Both the position numbers and the translations under genes were made by a program. The notes under the pieces are model-generated. The model ran no database searches. It was not told the origin of the DNA and saw only the letters and a program-made list of their open reading frames with translations. A stretch of DNA of 64,000 bases. It comes from an uncultured Isosphaeraceae bacterium (GTDB lineage Bacteria; Planctomycetota; Phycisphaerae; Phycisphaerales; SM1A02). Shown here one piece after another: positions 9,309 through 19,300 of the stretch. How positions within the stretch are numbered: the first letter of the stretch is position 1; each line of letters starts with the position of its first letter. The stretch is from contig CAZKTN010000003.1 of assembly GCA_964555705.1 (NCBI GenBank), positions 55,062 through 119,061 of the forward strand, in the 5' to 3' direction.

Positions 9309-10558
9309 CCCCAGTGGGCACCGCACCGGTCGCACTGCTGCTCGAGTCCGTCCACCCATCCGCCGATGCGGCGCTCGCTGCAGCCGGATTCACCATCGAG
9401 CGCGCCAAGGGCGCGCTTGCAGGCGCAGAGCTCCGCAACGCGCTCGCCCGCGCGACTGTCGTCGGCATCCGGTCGAAGACCGAGATCCGCGCAGACGCGC
9501 TCGACGGCGCGCCCGCATCAACGCCGCTCGCTGCGATCGGGTGCTTCTGCATCGGCACCAACCAGGTGGACCTCGGGGCCGCGGAGTCGTCGGGCATCCC
9601 CGTCTTCAACTCGCCCTTCTCGAACACCCGCAGCGTCGCGGAGATGACGGTGGCCGAGGTCGTGTGCCTCTTCCGCCGGCTCTTCGAGAAGTCGTCGCAG
9701 CTGCATTCGGGCACCTGGGACAAGAGCGCCGCGAGCGCGCACGAGGTGCGCGGGCGCACGCTCGGCATCGTGGGGTACGGGCACATCGGCTCGCAGGTGA
9801 GCGTGCTCGCGGAGGCGCTCGGGCTGCGGGTGATCTTCTACGACATCGCGCGCAAGCTGCCGCTGGGCAATGCGCAGCCGCGGCCGAGCCTTGAGGCGCT
9901 GCTGCGGGAGTCCGACTGCGTGACGCTGCACGTGCCTGAGACGACGCAGACGGTCGGCATGATCGGTTCGAGGGAGATCGAGATGATGCGGCCCGGGGCG
10001 CACATCGTCAACAACGCGCGCGGCCGTGTGGTCGACCTCGATGCGCTCGCTGCGGCGCTCCGCTCGGGGCGCATCGGCGGCGCCGCGCTCGACGTGTTCC
10101 CCTCCGAACCTGCGGGCAACGGCGATCCGTTCGCGTCACCCGTCAGCGGCTGCCCCAACGCGATCCTCACGCCCCACATCGGCGGGAGCACCGAGGAGGC
10201 GCAGGAGGCGATCGCGCTTGAGGTCTCCGAGAAGCTTGCGCGGCACTGGATCCACGGGTCCACGGCGACCAGCGTGAACATGCCGGAGGTCGACCTTCCC
10301 GTGCTGCGCGAGGGGCAGCTGCGGATCCTGCACGTGCACCGGAACGTGCCCGGCGTGCTCGGCACGATGCACGGGCTGCTTGCCCATGCGCGCATCAACA
10401 TCAATGCGGAGTTCCTGCAGTCCAACCCGCGCACCAGCTACGTGATCCTCGACGTCGACCGCTTCGAGGATCCTGCGCTGCTCGCCGCGCTGCGGCGGAT
10501 GCCCGAGACGATCCGCATGCGCACCATGTCGGGCAGCTCGCCTACGCTGCGCGCATGA
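9305..10558 (+). CDS. serA: D-3-phosphoglycerate dehydrogenase (E. coli-type, with C-terminal ACT domain)
   Basis: ATG at 9305 inside track ORF 8816..10558; the upstream part is out-of-frame overlap with map. NAD site is GIVGYGHIGSQV. Catalytic region is NNARGRVVD...LTPHIGGST. ACT-like C-terminus is RILHVHRNVPGVLG. Confidence 0.9.
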   Translation: MTPVGTAPVALLLESVHPSADAALAAAGFTIERAKGALAGAELRNALARATVVGIRSKTEIRADALDGAPASTPLAAIGCFCIGTNQVDLGAAESSGIPVFNSPFSNTRSVAEMTVAEVVCLFRRLFEKSSQLHSGTWDKSAASAHEVRGRTLGIVGYGHIGSQVSVLAEALGLRVIFYDIARKLPLGNAQPRPSLEALLRESDCVTLHVPETTQTVGMIGSREIEMMRPGAHIVNNARGRVVDLDALAAALRSGRIGGAALDVFPSEPAGNGDPFASPVSGCPNAILTPHIGGSTEEAQEAIALEVSEKLARHWIHGSTATSVNMPEVDLPVLREGQLRILHVHRNVPGVLGTMHGLLAHARININAEFLQSNPRTSYVILDVDRFEDPALLAALRRMPETIRMRTMSGSSPTLRA

Positions 10559-12744
10559 TCCTGCCGCTCATCCCGGTCCTCACAGCCTCGCTCGCCCTCG
10601 CCGCCGCAGCCAGCGACGGTCCCAGCTATCCCGCCACGCGCGCGGAACCTGTGCAGCAGGAGTTCCACGGCGAACAGGTCATCGACGAGTACCGGTGGCT
10701 TGAGGCGCTCGAGAGCGCATCGCCCGAGGTGGCCGCCTGGACCACCGCGCAGAACGACAGGACTCGTGCACTGCTCGACGGCCTGGAGTGCCGCAGCGCG
10801 CTCGAGAAGGCGCTCGAGCCGCTGATGACGATCGGCTCGATCGGCACCCCTCAGCGCGCGGGGCCGTTCGCGTTCTGGACCGAGCGCGAGGGCACGCAGA
10901 ACCAGCCAGTGCTCTACGTGGCCGCCGATCCCACGGCAGCGGAGAGCGCCATCGCCGGAGCGCCCGGCTCCGATGCGGCCGCACCTGCAGGACCGGACCG
11001 CAAGTCCCGCCGCGTGCTCCTTGACGTCAACGCGCTCGACGCCAAGGGCCTCACGAGCCTCGACTGGTACAGGCCGAGCGACGACGGTTCGCTCGTCGCC
11101 TTCGCGACCAGCGTGTCAGGCAGCGAGATGAGCGAGCTGCACGTGCTCGAGACCGCCACCGGCACATGGCTCGCGGACATGATCCCCGGGAAGGTGTCGC
11201 TCTCGGGGTGGGCGCCCTCAGGCCGCGCGTTCCTCTACAGCGTGCTTGCCGACCCCAAGAACCCCTACTCTCGCGAGATCCGTTGGCACGAGCTCGGCCG
11301 CGACCCGCGCGCCGACCCTGTGCTCTACAGGCAGCGAGAGCCGAGCCGGGTGCCGGGCGGCGGCATGTCGCTCGACGGGCGGTGGATCGTCATCACCGAG
11401 AGCCGCGGATGGCAGGCAAGCGACATGTGGATCGCCGACATGTACGCATGGATGCGCGCCGGACAGAAGTCCGACGGGCTCGCGCTGGTGCCGGTCGCCA
11501 CCGGCCTCGATGCGCGCTTCAGCCCGGCGGCGATCGTGGGCGACACGCTGTACGCGCTCACGACGCTCGACGCGCCCAACGGCCGTCTGATCGCCATCGA
11601 CTGCAACAACCCCGCGCGCGCGCAGTGGCGCGAGGTCATCCCGACACGCGCCGATGCGGTGCTCGGCGGCGTCTCGTACGCGGCAGGGATCCTCGTCGCC
11701 GACTACGAGAAGGACGCCACCAGCCGCATCGAGAGGTTCTCCGTGGACGGCACCTCGCTCGGAGAGATCGCGCTCCCCGGCATCGGCACTGCCGGGTTCT
11801 CCGCAGAGCAGGACCGCACCGACGGGTTCATCAGCTACACCAGCTTCAACGAGCCGCGCAGCATCTACACAGTCGACTTCCGCTCAGGCAAGAGCGCGCT
11901 GTGGGCGCGGCCGGACGTGCCTGTCGACCCCTCGAGCGTGACCGTGACGCAGGTCTTCGTCGAGAGCACGGGAGGCGCGAAGGTCCCGATGTTCCTCGTG
12001 CACAGGAAAGGACTCACGCCCACCGGCGATGCGCCCACGCTGCTCTACGGCTACGGCGGCTTCAATGTGTCGATGACGCCCGGATTCTCCGCGGTCAACT
12101 GGCCGTGGTACCAGGCTGGCGGCGTCTACGCGCTCGCGTGCCTGCGCGGCGGCGGCGAGTACGGCGAGTCGTGGCACCGCGACGGGATGCTCGACCGCAA
12201 GCAGAACGTCTTCGACGACCTCTACGCGTGCGCAAAGTGGCTCATCGACAACCGCTGGACCAGCGCGTCGAGGCTCGCCGTCAAGGGTGGCAGCAACGGA
12301 GGCCTGCTCACCGGCGTGGCGGCGACGCAGCGGCCGGACCTCTTCTGCGCGGCCATCAGCGGCGTGCCGCTGCTGGACATGCTGCGCTACCACGAGTTCC
12401 TCATGGCGAAGTTCTGGGTGCCCGAGTACGGCTCAAGCCAAGATGCCGCGCAGTACCGGTGGCTCCGCGCCTACAGCCCCTACCACAACGTCACCAAGGG
12501 CACCAAGTACCCGGCCATGCTGATCACCGCCGGCGAGAACGACTCGCGCGTGCATCCCCTGCACGCGCGCAAGATGGCCGCGCGCATGCAGGCGCTGGCC
12601 GCCAACGACCCTGCGAGCGACCCGATCCTGCTGTGGGTCGACCGCGACTCGGGCCACGGCCAGGGCAAGCCGCTGGCGCTTCGCATCCGCGACGAGGCGG
12701 ACCAGTGGGCATTCCTCATGTGGCAGACCGGCCTCTGCAACTGA
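10555..12744 (+). CDS. prolyl oligopeptidase family (S9A) serine peptidase, secreted
   Basis: 729 aa with an N-terminal signal peptide and the motif DEYRWLE. The beta-propeller region is followed by a catalytic domain with GGSNGGLL (nucleophile Ser), DSRV and GHG. The start overlaps the serA stop (ATGA). Confidence 0.85.
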   Translation: MILPLIPVLTASLALAAAASDGPSYPATRAEPVQQEFHGEQVIDEYRWLEALESASPEVAAWTTAQNDRTRALLDGLECRSALEKALEPLMTIGSIGTPQRAGPFAFWTEREGTQNQPVLYVAADPTAAESAIAGAPGSDAAAPAGPDRKSRRVLLDVNALDAKGLTSLDWYRPSDDGSLVAFATSVSGSEMSELHVLETATGTWLADMIPGKVSLSGWAPSGRAFLYSVLADPKNPYSREIRWHELGRDPRADPVLYRQREPSRVPGGGMSLDGRWIVITESRGWQASDMWIADMYAWMRAGQKSDGLALVPVATGLDARFSPAAIVGDTLYALTTLDAPNGRLIAIDCNNPARAQWREVIPTRADAVLGGVSYAAGILVADYEKDATSRIERFSVDGTSLGEIALPGIGTAGFSAEQDRTDGFISYTSFNEPRSIYTVDFRSGKSALWARPDVPVDPSSVTVTQVFVESTGGAKVPMFLVHRKGLTPTGDAPTLLYGYGGFNVSMTPGFSAVNWPWYQAGGVYALACLRGGGEYGESWHRDGMLDRKQNVFDDLYACAKWLIDNRWTSASRLAVKGGSNGGLLTGVAATQRPDLFCAAISGVPLLDMLRYHEFLMAKFWVPEYGSSQDAAQYRWLRAYSPYHNVTKGTKYPAMLITAGENDSRVHPLHARKMAARMQALAANDPASDPILLWVDRDSGHGQGKPLALRIRDEADQWAFLMWQTGLCN

Positions 12745-12762
12745 GCGCTGCCGCAGCAGCGC

Positions 12763-15318
12763 TCAGGCGACGATCTCGAGCTTCGCGTGCTCGAGGATGA
12801 GCGTGCGCACGCCCGCATGCCGGAACGCGATGCGCGCGCGCGTCGCGCTGCCGTACCGCTCGACCGCCTGCACCGTGCCGATGCCGAACTGCGCATGGCG
12901 AACCACAGTGCCTGCCGCGATGCCGGACGCGGATGCGCGCGATGGCGACCCCTTCGCGGGCACGGCGCGAAGGTCACGACGCGGGCGAGGCGAGCCGTCG
13001 GCGAAGAACGCGTCCTCGTCGACCTCCACGTGCGTCTCCTCGGGGGGAATCTCGTCGACCGCATCCTCCGGCTCGGGCGCGGCACGCTTCCACCCCCAGC
13101 CGCCGCTCCACTCGCCTGACTCGCGCGCCGCCGAGCGCCATCCTCCGCCGGCCGAGCGGCCGCCACCGCGCCAGCCTCCCTCCCCGCGCACCGGACCGAG
13201 CGATGCGCCGGGTGCAGCATCGTGGCGATCGACGCTCTCCTCAGGCAGCTCGCGCAGGAACCCGCTCTCAATCGTGCTCATGCGCACGCCGCGCTGCGCG
13301 CGCGTCGCCGCGCTCGTGATCAGCAGGTGACGCTCGGCGCGCGTGATGCCCACGAAGAGCAGCCTCCGCTCCTCCTCGACGCCGTTGCCGGAGCCCTCCC
13401 CGATGCTCCGCGCATGCGGCAGCAGTCCCTCCTCGAGGCCTGCGATCGCCACGAAGGGGAACTCGAGGCCCTTGGCCGCATGCAGCGTCATCAGCGTGAC
13501 GGCGCCGCGCAGCGGGTCCACCGCGTCGGCGTCGGCCACGAGCGTCACGCGCTCGAGGAACCCGCGCAGCGCATCGCCAAGCGTCGCCGGAGGCGCATCG
13601 GGCTCGCCCTCGGCCACCTCGAAGTCCGCCGCAGCATTCGCCACCTCGCGCACGTTCGCGACGCGGTCCTGCGCATCCTGGTCGTCGCCGGCGATCTCCT
13701 GCGCGGCGCGCTCCATGCCTGACTCGTCGATCAGGCGAGCGACAAAGGGACCGAGGTTGCCCGCCGGCTTTGCGGCAAGCTCCTCTCGGTAGCGCCCGAC
13801 CATTGCCGCGAACGAGGCCATCGCGTCCGCCGTGCGCGACGCCACGCCTGCGGCACGCGCATCTGCGCACGCCTCGAGCATCGTGATGCCGCGCCGCAGC
13901 GCCAGCGCCTCGACCTTCTCGACGCTCTTCTCGCCGATGCCGCGCGCGGGCACGTTGATCACGCGCCTCAGCGAGAGGTCGTCGCGCGGGTTCGCCACCA
14001 GGCGAAGGTAGGCGAGTGCGTCCTTGACCTCGCGCCGCTCGTAGAAGGCGGTGCCGCGCGCGATCACATAGGGGATGCCGCGCCGCCGCAGCACGTCCTC
14101 GATCGACCGGCTGAGCGCGTTCATCCGGTAGAGCACCGCCATCCCGCTCCACACGATGCCCGCATCGCCGGCGTCCTGCAGCGCATCGGCGATCACCTGC
14201 GCCTCGTGCGTCTCGTCGATGCAGCGCACGACGCGCGGGCGGCTGCCCTCCTCGAGCCGAGTCGAGAGGTCCTTGTGGCGGCGCGCGGCATTGCGGCGGA
14301 TGAGCCTGTCGGCGACGTTGACGATGTGGGCTGTGGACCGGAAGTTCTCGCCGAGCGGAATCACGGTGGCGCCGTCGAAGCGCTCCTCGAACTCGAGGAT
14401 GTTGGTGATGTCCGCACCTCGCCACCCGTAGATCGACTGGTCAGGGTCGCCCACCACGCAGATGTTGCGGTGCGCGCTCGCGATCGACTGGGCCACCATG
14501 AACTGCGCGTGGTTGGTGTCCTGGTACTCGTCCACCAGCACATGCTGGAACCGCTGCTGCACGTCGGCGCGCACCCCGGCGTCATCGCGGAGCATCCGTG
14601 CCGCGCGCAGCAGCAGGTCATCGAAGTCGAGCGCTGACTGCCGCCGCAGCGCGGCCTCGTAGGCGCGGTAGATGCGCGCATCGGACCTGCCCTGGAAGTC
14701 TGCAGCCTCCTGCGCGAACTCGTCGGCGGTGAGCAGCCGGTTCTTCGCGGCGCTGATGCGCGACGAGAGCATCGCCGCCGGAAACGACTTGCGGTCGAGC
14801 CCCAGCTCCTCGATCGCGCGCTTGAGCAGCGTGTGCGCATCATCGGAGTCGATGATGCTGAAGGAGGCATCCAGCGGCACGCCAAGTCCCGCGGCTGCGC
14901 TCATGGGCCCGTAGCGTCGCAGCAGCCCGGCGCAGAAGGAGTGGAACGTGCCGACGACGAGCCCGCGCCGACCCGGCACATCCTCGCCAACAAGCGCATC
15001 GACACGCTCGCGCATGGCGCCCGCGGCCTTGTTCGTGAACGTGAGCGCCAGAATCCGCCATGCCGGCACGCCTGATGCAATCAGGAACGCGATCCGCCGC
15101 GTGATCACCCTGGTCTTGCCCGAGCCGGGTCCTGCCAGCACAAGCATCGGCCCGCCTGGATGGGTCACTGCGCGGACTTGGGCTTCCGTGAGGTCCGCCA
15201 CGAGGTCTGGGTGGGGCGCGTCCTGCGTCACGACGATGCCGAGTCTAGGGATCGCCAGCGGGACCCCCCGTGACAGCATCCGACAAGGCATGCACCCCTT
15301 CGCAAAACCTCTCCACAT
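12763..15318 (-). CDS. pcrA: ATP-dependent DNA helicase PcrA/UvrD family
   Basis: Walker A LAGPGSGKTRV, plus TFTNKAA, DEYQDTN, GDPDQSIYGWRGA, TLHAAKGLEFP and VGITRA. The C-terminal Tudor-like tail GTVVRHAQFGIGTVQAV is preceded by a Gly/Trp/Arg-rich linker. The start is uncertain; alternatives are 15279 (ATG) and 15231 (GTG). Confidence 0.9.
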   Translation of the reverse strand: MWRGFAKGCMPCRMLSRGVPLAIPRLGIVVTQDAPHPDLVADLTEAQVRAVTHPGGPMLVLAGPGSGKTRVITRRIAFLIASGVPAWRILALTFTNKAAGAMRERVDALVGEDVPGRRGLVVGTFHSFCAGLLRRYGPMSAAAGLGVPLDASFSIIDSDDAHTLLKRAIEELGLDRKSFPAAMLSSRISAAKNRLLTADEFAQEAADFQGRSDARIYRAYEAALRRQSALDFDDLLLRAARMLRDDAGVRADVQQRFQHVLVDEYQDTNHAQFMVAQSIASAHRNICVVGDPDQSIYGWRGADITNILEFEERFDGATVIPLGENFRSTAHIVNVADRLIRRNAARRHKDLSTRLEEGSRPRVVRCIDETHEAQVIADALQDAGDAGIVWSGMAVLYRMNALSRSIEDVLRRRGIPYVIARGTAFYERREVKDALAYLRLVANPRDDLSLRRVINVPARGIGEKSVEKVEALALRRGITMLEACADARAAGVASRTADAMASFAAMVGRYREELAAKPAGNLGPFVARLIDESGMERAAQEIAGDDQDAQDRVANVREVANAAADFEVAEGEPDAPPATLGDALRGFLERVTLVADADAVDPLRGAVTLMTLHAAKGLEFPFVAIAGLEEGLLPHARSIGEGSGNGVEEERRLLFVGITRAERHLLITSAATRAQRGVRMSTIESGFLRELPEESVDRHDAAPGASLGPVRGEGGWRGGGRSAGGGWRSAARESGEWSGGWGWKRAAPEPEDAVDEIPPEETHVEVDEDAFFADGSPRPRRDLRAVPAKGSPSRASASGIAAGTVVRHAQFGIGTVQAVERYGSATRARIAFRHAGVRTLILEHAKLEIVA

Positions 15319-15384
15319 CGGTCGAAAGAGCGCAAACTCTGAAAATGTCGTGGGTTACGTGCAGGTCCAGCGGAATCGTTCAAA

Positions 15385-15433
15385 AATCAACAGATTGTGG
15401 TCTCTAGCTGCTTGCCACCACAATAGGTTGGGG
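15385..15433. promoter_or_regulatory. candidate operator: inverted repeat ATTGTGG-N20-CCACAAT, possibly a degenerate NrdR-box pair
   Basis: Lies in the only AT-rich stretch of the pcrA/dcd divergent intergenic region. ATTGTGG (15394-15400) is the reverse complement of CCACAAT (15418-15424). Each sits in a 16-mer matching about 11/16 of the published NrdR-box consensus acaCwAtATaTwGtgt. The box starts are 33 bp apart, upstream of dcd-nrdJ. Confidence 0.25.
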
Positions 15434-15695
15434 TAGAGTCGCTGAATCGAGCTGGACGGTTGTGGGCCACTTGCTCGAGGCGTCGGTGCCGAATTCGCAT
15501 GCGGCAGGCTTGGAGAAACGGCGGCATTGCCGTGCTCCTGTGTCAGTAGCGCGCATGCGGGCACTGGACGTCGCAGGTACCGGAACGGCGGCGCGGATCG
15601 GACCGCCCACCTACCCCGATACCTGTTGGTGAACGAGGCAGTTTCGAGGAGTCCCCGACCACATGGGACCCCTCGGAGAGGAAGCGCTGGACGAC

Positions 15696-16280
15696 ATGGG
15701 AATCCTCTGCGACACCCAGATCCGGGAGCACGTCAGCATCGAGCCCTTCGAGGAGTGCAGCAAGAGGCACGGCACGATCTCCTACGGGGTCTCGAGCTAC
15801 GGATACGACGTCCGGGTGGGCACCCGCTTCAAGATCTTCACGAACGCCACCTCGGGCGGTGTCGCGATCGTCGACCCCAAGCGCTTCACCAACGACCTCT
15901 TCATCACCATCGACACGGCGGAGACCGGCCGCGACCACGTGATCATCCCGCCCAACTCCTTTGCCCTCGCGGAGACCGTCGAGGTCTTCGACGTGCCGCG
16001 CGACACGCTGGCGATCTGCGTCGGCAAGTCGACGTACGCGCGATGCGGCATCATCGTGAACGTCACGCCGCTCGAGCCCGAATGGCGCGGCAAGGTCACG
16101 ATCGAGATCTCGAACACGACCCCCCTTCCCGCGAAGATCTACGCCAACGAGGGCATCGCGCAGATGCTCTTCATCCGGGCCGACCGTGTCTGCGCGCGCA
16201 GCTACGCGGACAAGGGCGGCAAGTACCAGGACCAGGACGGACTCACCCTGCCGAAGGTGGACGGTCTCGCGGCGGAGTGA
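15696..16280 (+). CDS. dcd: dCTP deaminase
   Basis: ATG at 15696 gives [12 protein letters not shown]..., like the E. coli Dcd N-terminus. The track ORF starts at 15663. Motifs: [52 protein letters not shown] and GIAQMLF. Confidence 0.9.
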   Translation: MGILCDTQIREHVSIEPFEECSKRHGTISYGVSSYGYDVRVGTRFKIFTNATSGGVAIVDPKRFTNDLFITIDTAETGRDHVIIPPNSFALAETVEVFDVPRDTLAICVGKSTYARCGIIVNVTPLEPEWRGKVTIEISNTTPLPAKIYANEGIAQMLFIRADRVCARSYADKGGKYQDQDGLTLPKVDGLAAE

Positions 16281-16366
16281 TCCTCCGCGCGCCCGCCCCC
16301 TCCGGCAATCGCCTCATCAGTAAGTCACGGACACGACGCAATCCCAACGCTCCAGGACGACACGCC

Positions 16367-19300
16367 ATGAAGATCAACCGACGATTCACCAGCCCGAACA
16401 CCGACGTGTACTCGACCATCGAGTGGTCGACCCGAAGCAGCAAGATCACCAACGCCGACGGATCGGTGGTCTTCGCGATGGATGATGCCGAGGTGCCGCG
16501 CGAGTGGAGCCAGCTGGCGACCGACATCGTCGTGAGCAAGTACTTCCGCAAGGCTGGCGTGCCGCAGCACGACGCCGACGGCAAGGTTGTGCGCAACGCC
16601 GACGGCACGGCAGTCCTGGGGCCTGAGCGCTCGGTGCGCCAGGTCGTGCACCGCCTCGCCGGATGCTGGCGCCACTGGGGCGAGTCGCACGGCTACTTCG
16701 ACTCCGCCGAGGACGCGCAGGCGTTCTACGACGAGCTCGCGCACATGCTGCTGCGCCAGGTCGCCGCGCCCAACAGCCCGCAGTGGTTCAACACGGGCCT
16801 CAACTGGGCCTACGGCATCAACGGGCCCGCGCAGGGCCACTGGATCGCAGACCACACCACGGGCGCCGTGTCGCTCGCCACAGACTCCTACACGCACCCG
16901 CAGCCGCACGCGTGCTTCATCCAGTCGGTCTCCGACGACCTCGTCAACGAGGGCGGCATCATGGACCTGTGGGTGCGCGAGGCGCGCCTCTTCAAGTACG
17001 GCTCAGGCACCGGCACGAACTTCTCCGGCCTGCGCGGCGAGAACGAGAAGCTCTCAGGTGGCGGACGCAGCTCGGGCCTCATGAGCTTCCTCAAGATCGG
17101 CGACCGCGCGGCGGGTGCGATCAAGTCGGGCGGCACCACGCGCCGGGCCGCCAAGATGGTGTGCCTTGACGTGGACCACCCCGATGTCGAGGCATTCATC
17201 AACTGGAAGGTGCGCGAGGAGATCAAGGTCGCTGCCCTCGTCGAGGGCATGAAGCACCTCAGCGCCACCCAGAAGGAGGTCGCGCAGGCGCTCGGCCTCA
17301 CGCTCGACTACGACTTCAACGGCGAGTCGTACTACACCGTCAGCGGCCAGAACTCCAACAACTCGATCCGCCTCACCGACGACTTCATGGATGCGGTCGA
17401 CGGCGACGGCGAGTGGACGCTCCGCCGCCGCACTGACGGCCGGCCGGCGAAGACGCTCAAGGCGCGCGAGCTCTGGCGCCAGGTCAACGAGGCCGCATGG
17501 CACTGCGCAGATCCCGGCGTCCAGTACGACACCACGATCAACGCGTGGCACACCTGCCCCACCGCAGGCCGCATCAACGCGAGCAACCCGTGCAGCGAGT
17601 ACATGTTCCTCGACAACACGGCGTGCAACCTGGCGTCGATCAACCTGCTGAAGTTCTACGACCCCGATACGCGCGCCTTCGACATCGCGGGCTTCGAGCA
17701 CGCCATCCACCTGTGGACGGTGGTGCTCGAGATCTCGGTGCTCATGGCCGCGTTCCCCTCGCGCGAGATTGCGGAGCTCTCCTGGCGCTACCGGACGCTC
17801 GGCCTGGGCTACGCCAACCTCGGCGCGATGCTCATGCAGGCGGGCATCCCCTATGACAGCGACGAGGGGCGCGCGGTGTGCGGCGCCATCACGGCGGTGC
17901 TCACGGGTCGCTCCTATGCGGCAAGCGCGCTTCTCGCGGCCGAGCACGGCGCGTTCGCCGGCTTCGCCGACAACCGGGAGCACATGCTCCGCGTCGTCCG
18001 CAACCACCGGCGCGCCGCGCACGGCGTCACGCGGGACTCCTCGGAGTGGGAGTCGCTGCGCATCCGCCCGGTGCCGATCGACCACGGCCTCTTCCGTGCG
18101 GGCCGCGTGCACCTGGCCAACTCGGGCGCCCTGCTCGACGCAGCCGTCGGCGCGTGGGACCAGGCGCTGCTGCTCGGCGAGGAGTTCGGCTACCGCAACG
18201 CGCAGGTCACCGTCATCGCGCCCACCGGCACGATCGGCCTGCTGATGGACTGCGACACCACCGGAGTCGAGCCGGACTTCGCGCTGACGAAGTTCAAGAA
18301 GCTTGCCGGTGGCGGCTACTTCAAGATCGCGAACCAGTCGCTGCGGCCTGCGCTCAAGGCGCTCGGCTACTCGCCTCGCGAGGTCGACGACATCCTCACC
18401 CACGTGATGGGACGCATGAGCCTTGACGTCGCGATCCCGCAGCGCGACGGCTCCGCAGGCGACGGCTCGCTCGGCACGCTGCGCGAGTTCCTGGTGTCCA
18501 AGGGCTACACGGGCGAGGAGCTGGTCGCCGTCGAGAACATGCTCCCCACGGTGTTCGAGGTGGCGTTCGCGTTCTCGGCATGGAGCATGCCCGAGCGTGT
18601 CCTCAAGGCGGCCGGCATCGACCCCGCGGCAGCCCGCGACGACCGCGCCTTCAACGGCCTCCGCGCGCTTGGCCTGACCCGTGCGCAGATCGCCACGCTC
18701 AACCGCGTGATCTGCGGCACCCAGACCGTCGAGGGCGCGCCTCACCTCAAGGATGCGCACCTGCCCGTCTTTGACTGCGCGAACCGCTGCGGCCCCACCG
18801 GCACGCGCTTCATCCGCCCCGATGGCCACATCCACATGATGGCGGCAGCGCAGCCCTTCATCTCAGGCGCAATCTCCAAGACGATCAACCTGCCCAACGA
18901 CGCAGACGTCAGCGAGATCGGGCGCTGCTACCACCTCAGCTGGGAGCTCGGCCTCAAGGCGAACGCGCTCTACCGCGACGGGTGCAAGCTCAGCCAGCCG
19001 CTGTCGACCAAGTCCGATGCGGCCGACCATGCCGAGCCTGAGGACCAGGAGGGTCTCGAGGCAAAGGGTGCGGACGCCGGTGCTGAGCAGGTGATCGTCG
19101 AGCGGGTCGTTGAGCGCGTGGTCGAGCGGGTCATCGAGCGCCCGATGCGCCGCAGGCTCTCCGACACCCGCACGTCGATCACCCACAAGTTCAACGTCAG
19201 CGGCCACGAGGGCTACCTCATCGTCGGCCTCTACGACGACGGGTCGCCGGGAGAGCTCTTCATCACGATGGCGAAGGAGGGCTCGACGATCGGCGGACTC

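Noticed and set aside
19080-19145. Tandem VERVVERVVERVIER-coding 12-nt repeats inside nrdJ
   Set aside because: As far as I recall, similar short (V/I)E(K/R)V repeats precede the C-terminal module in other long NrdJ proteins, though I have not checked this by alignment. They are in frame and not indicative of a mobile or hypervariable element.
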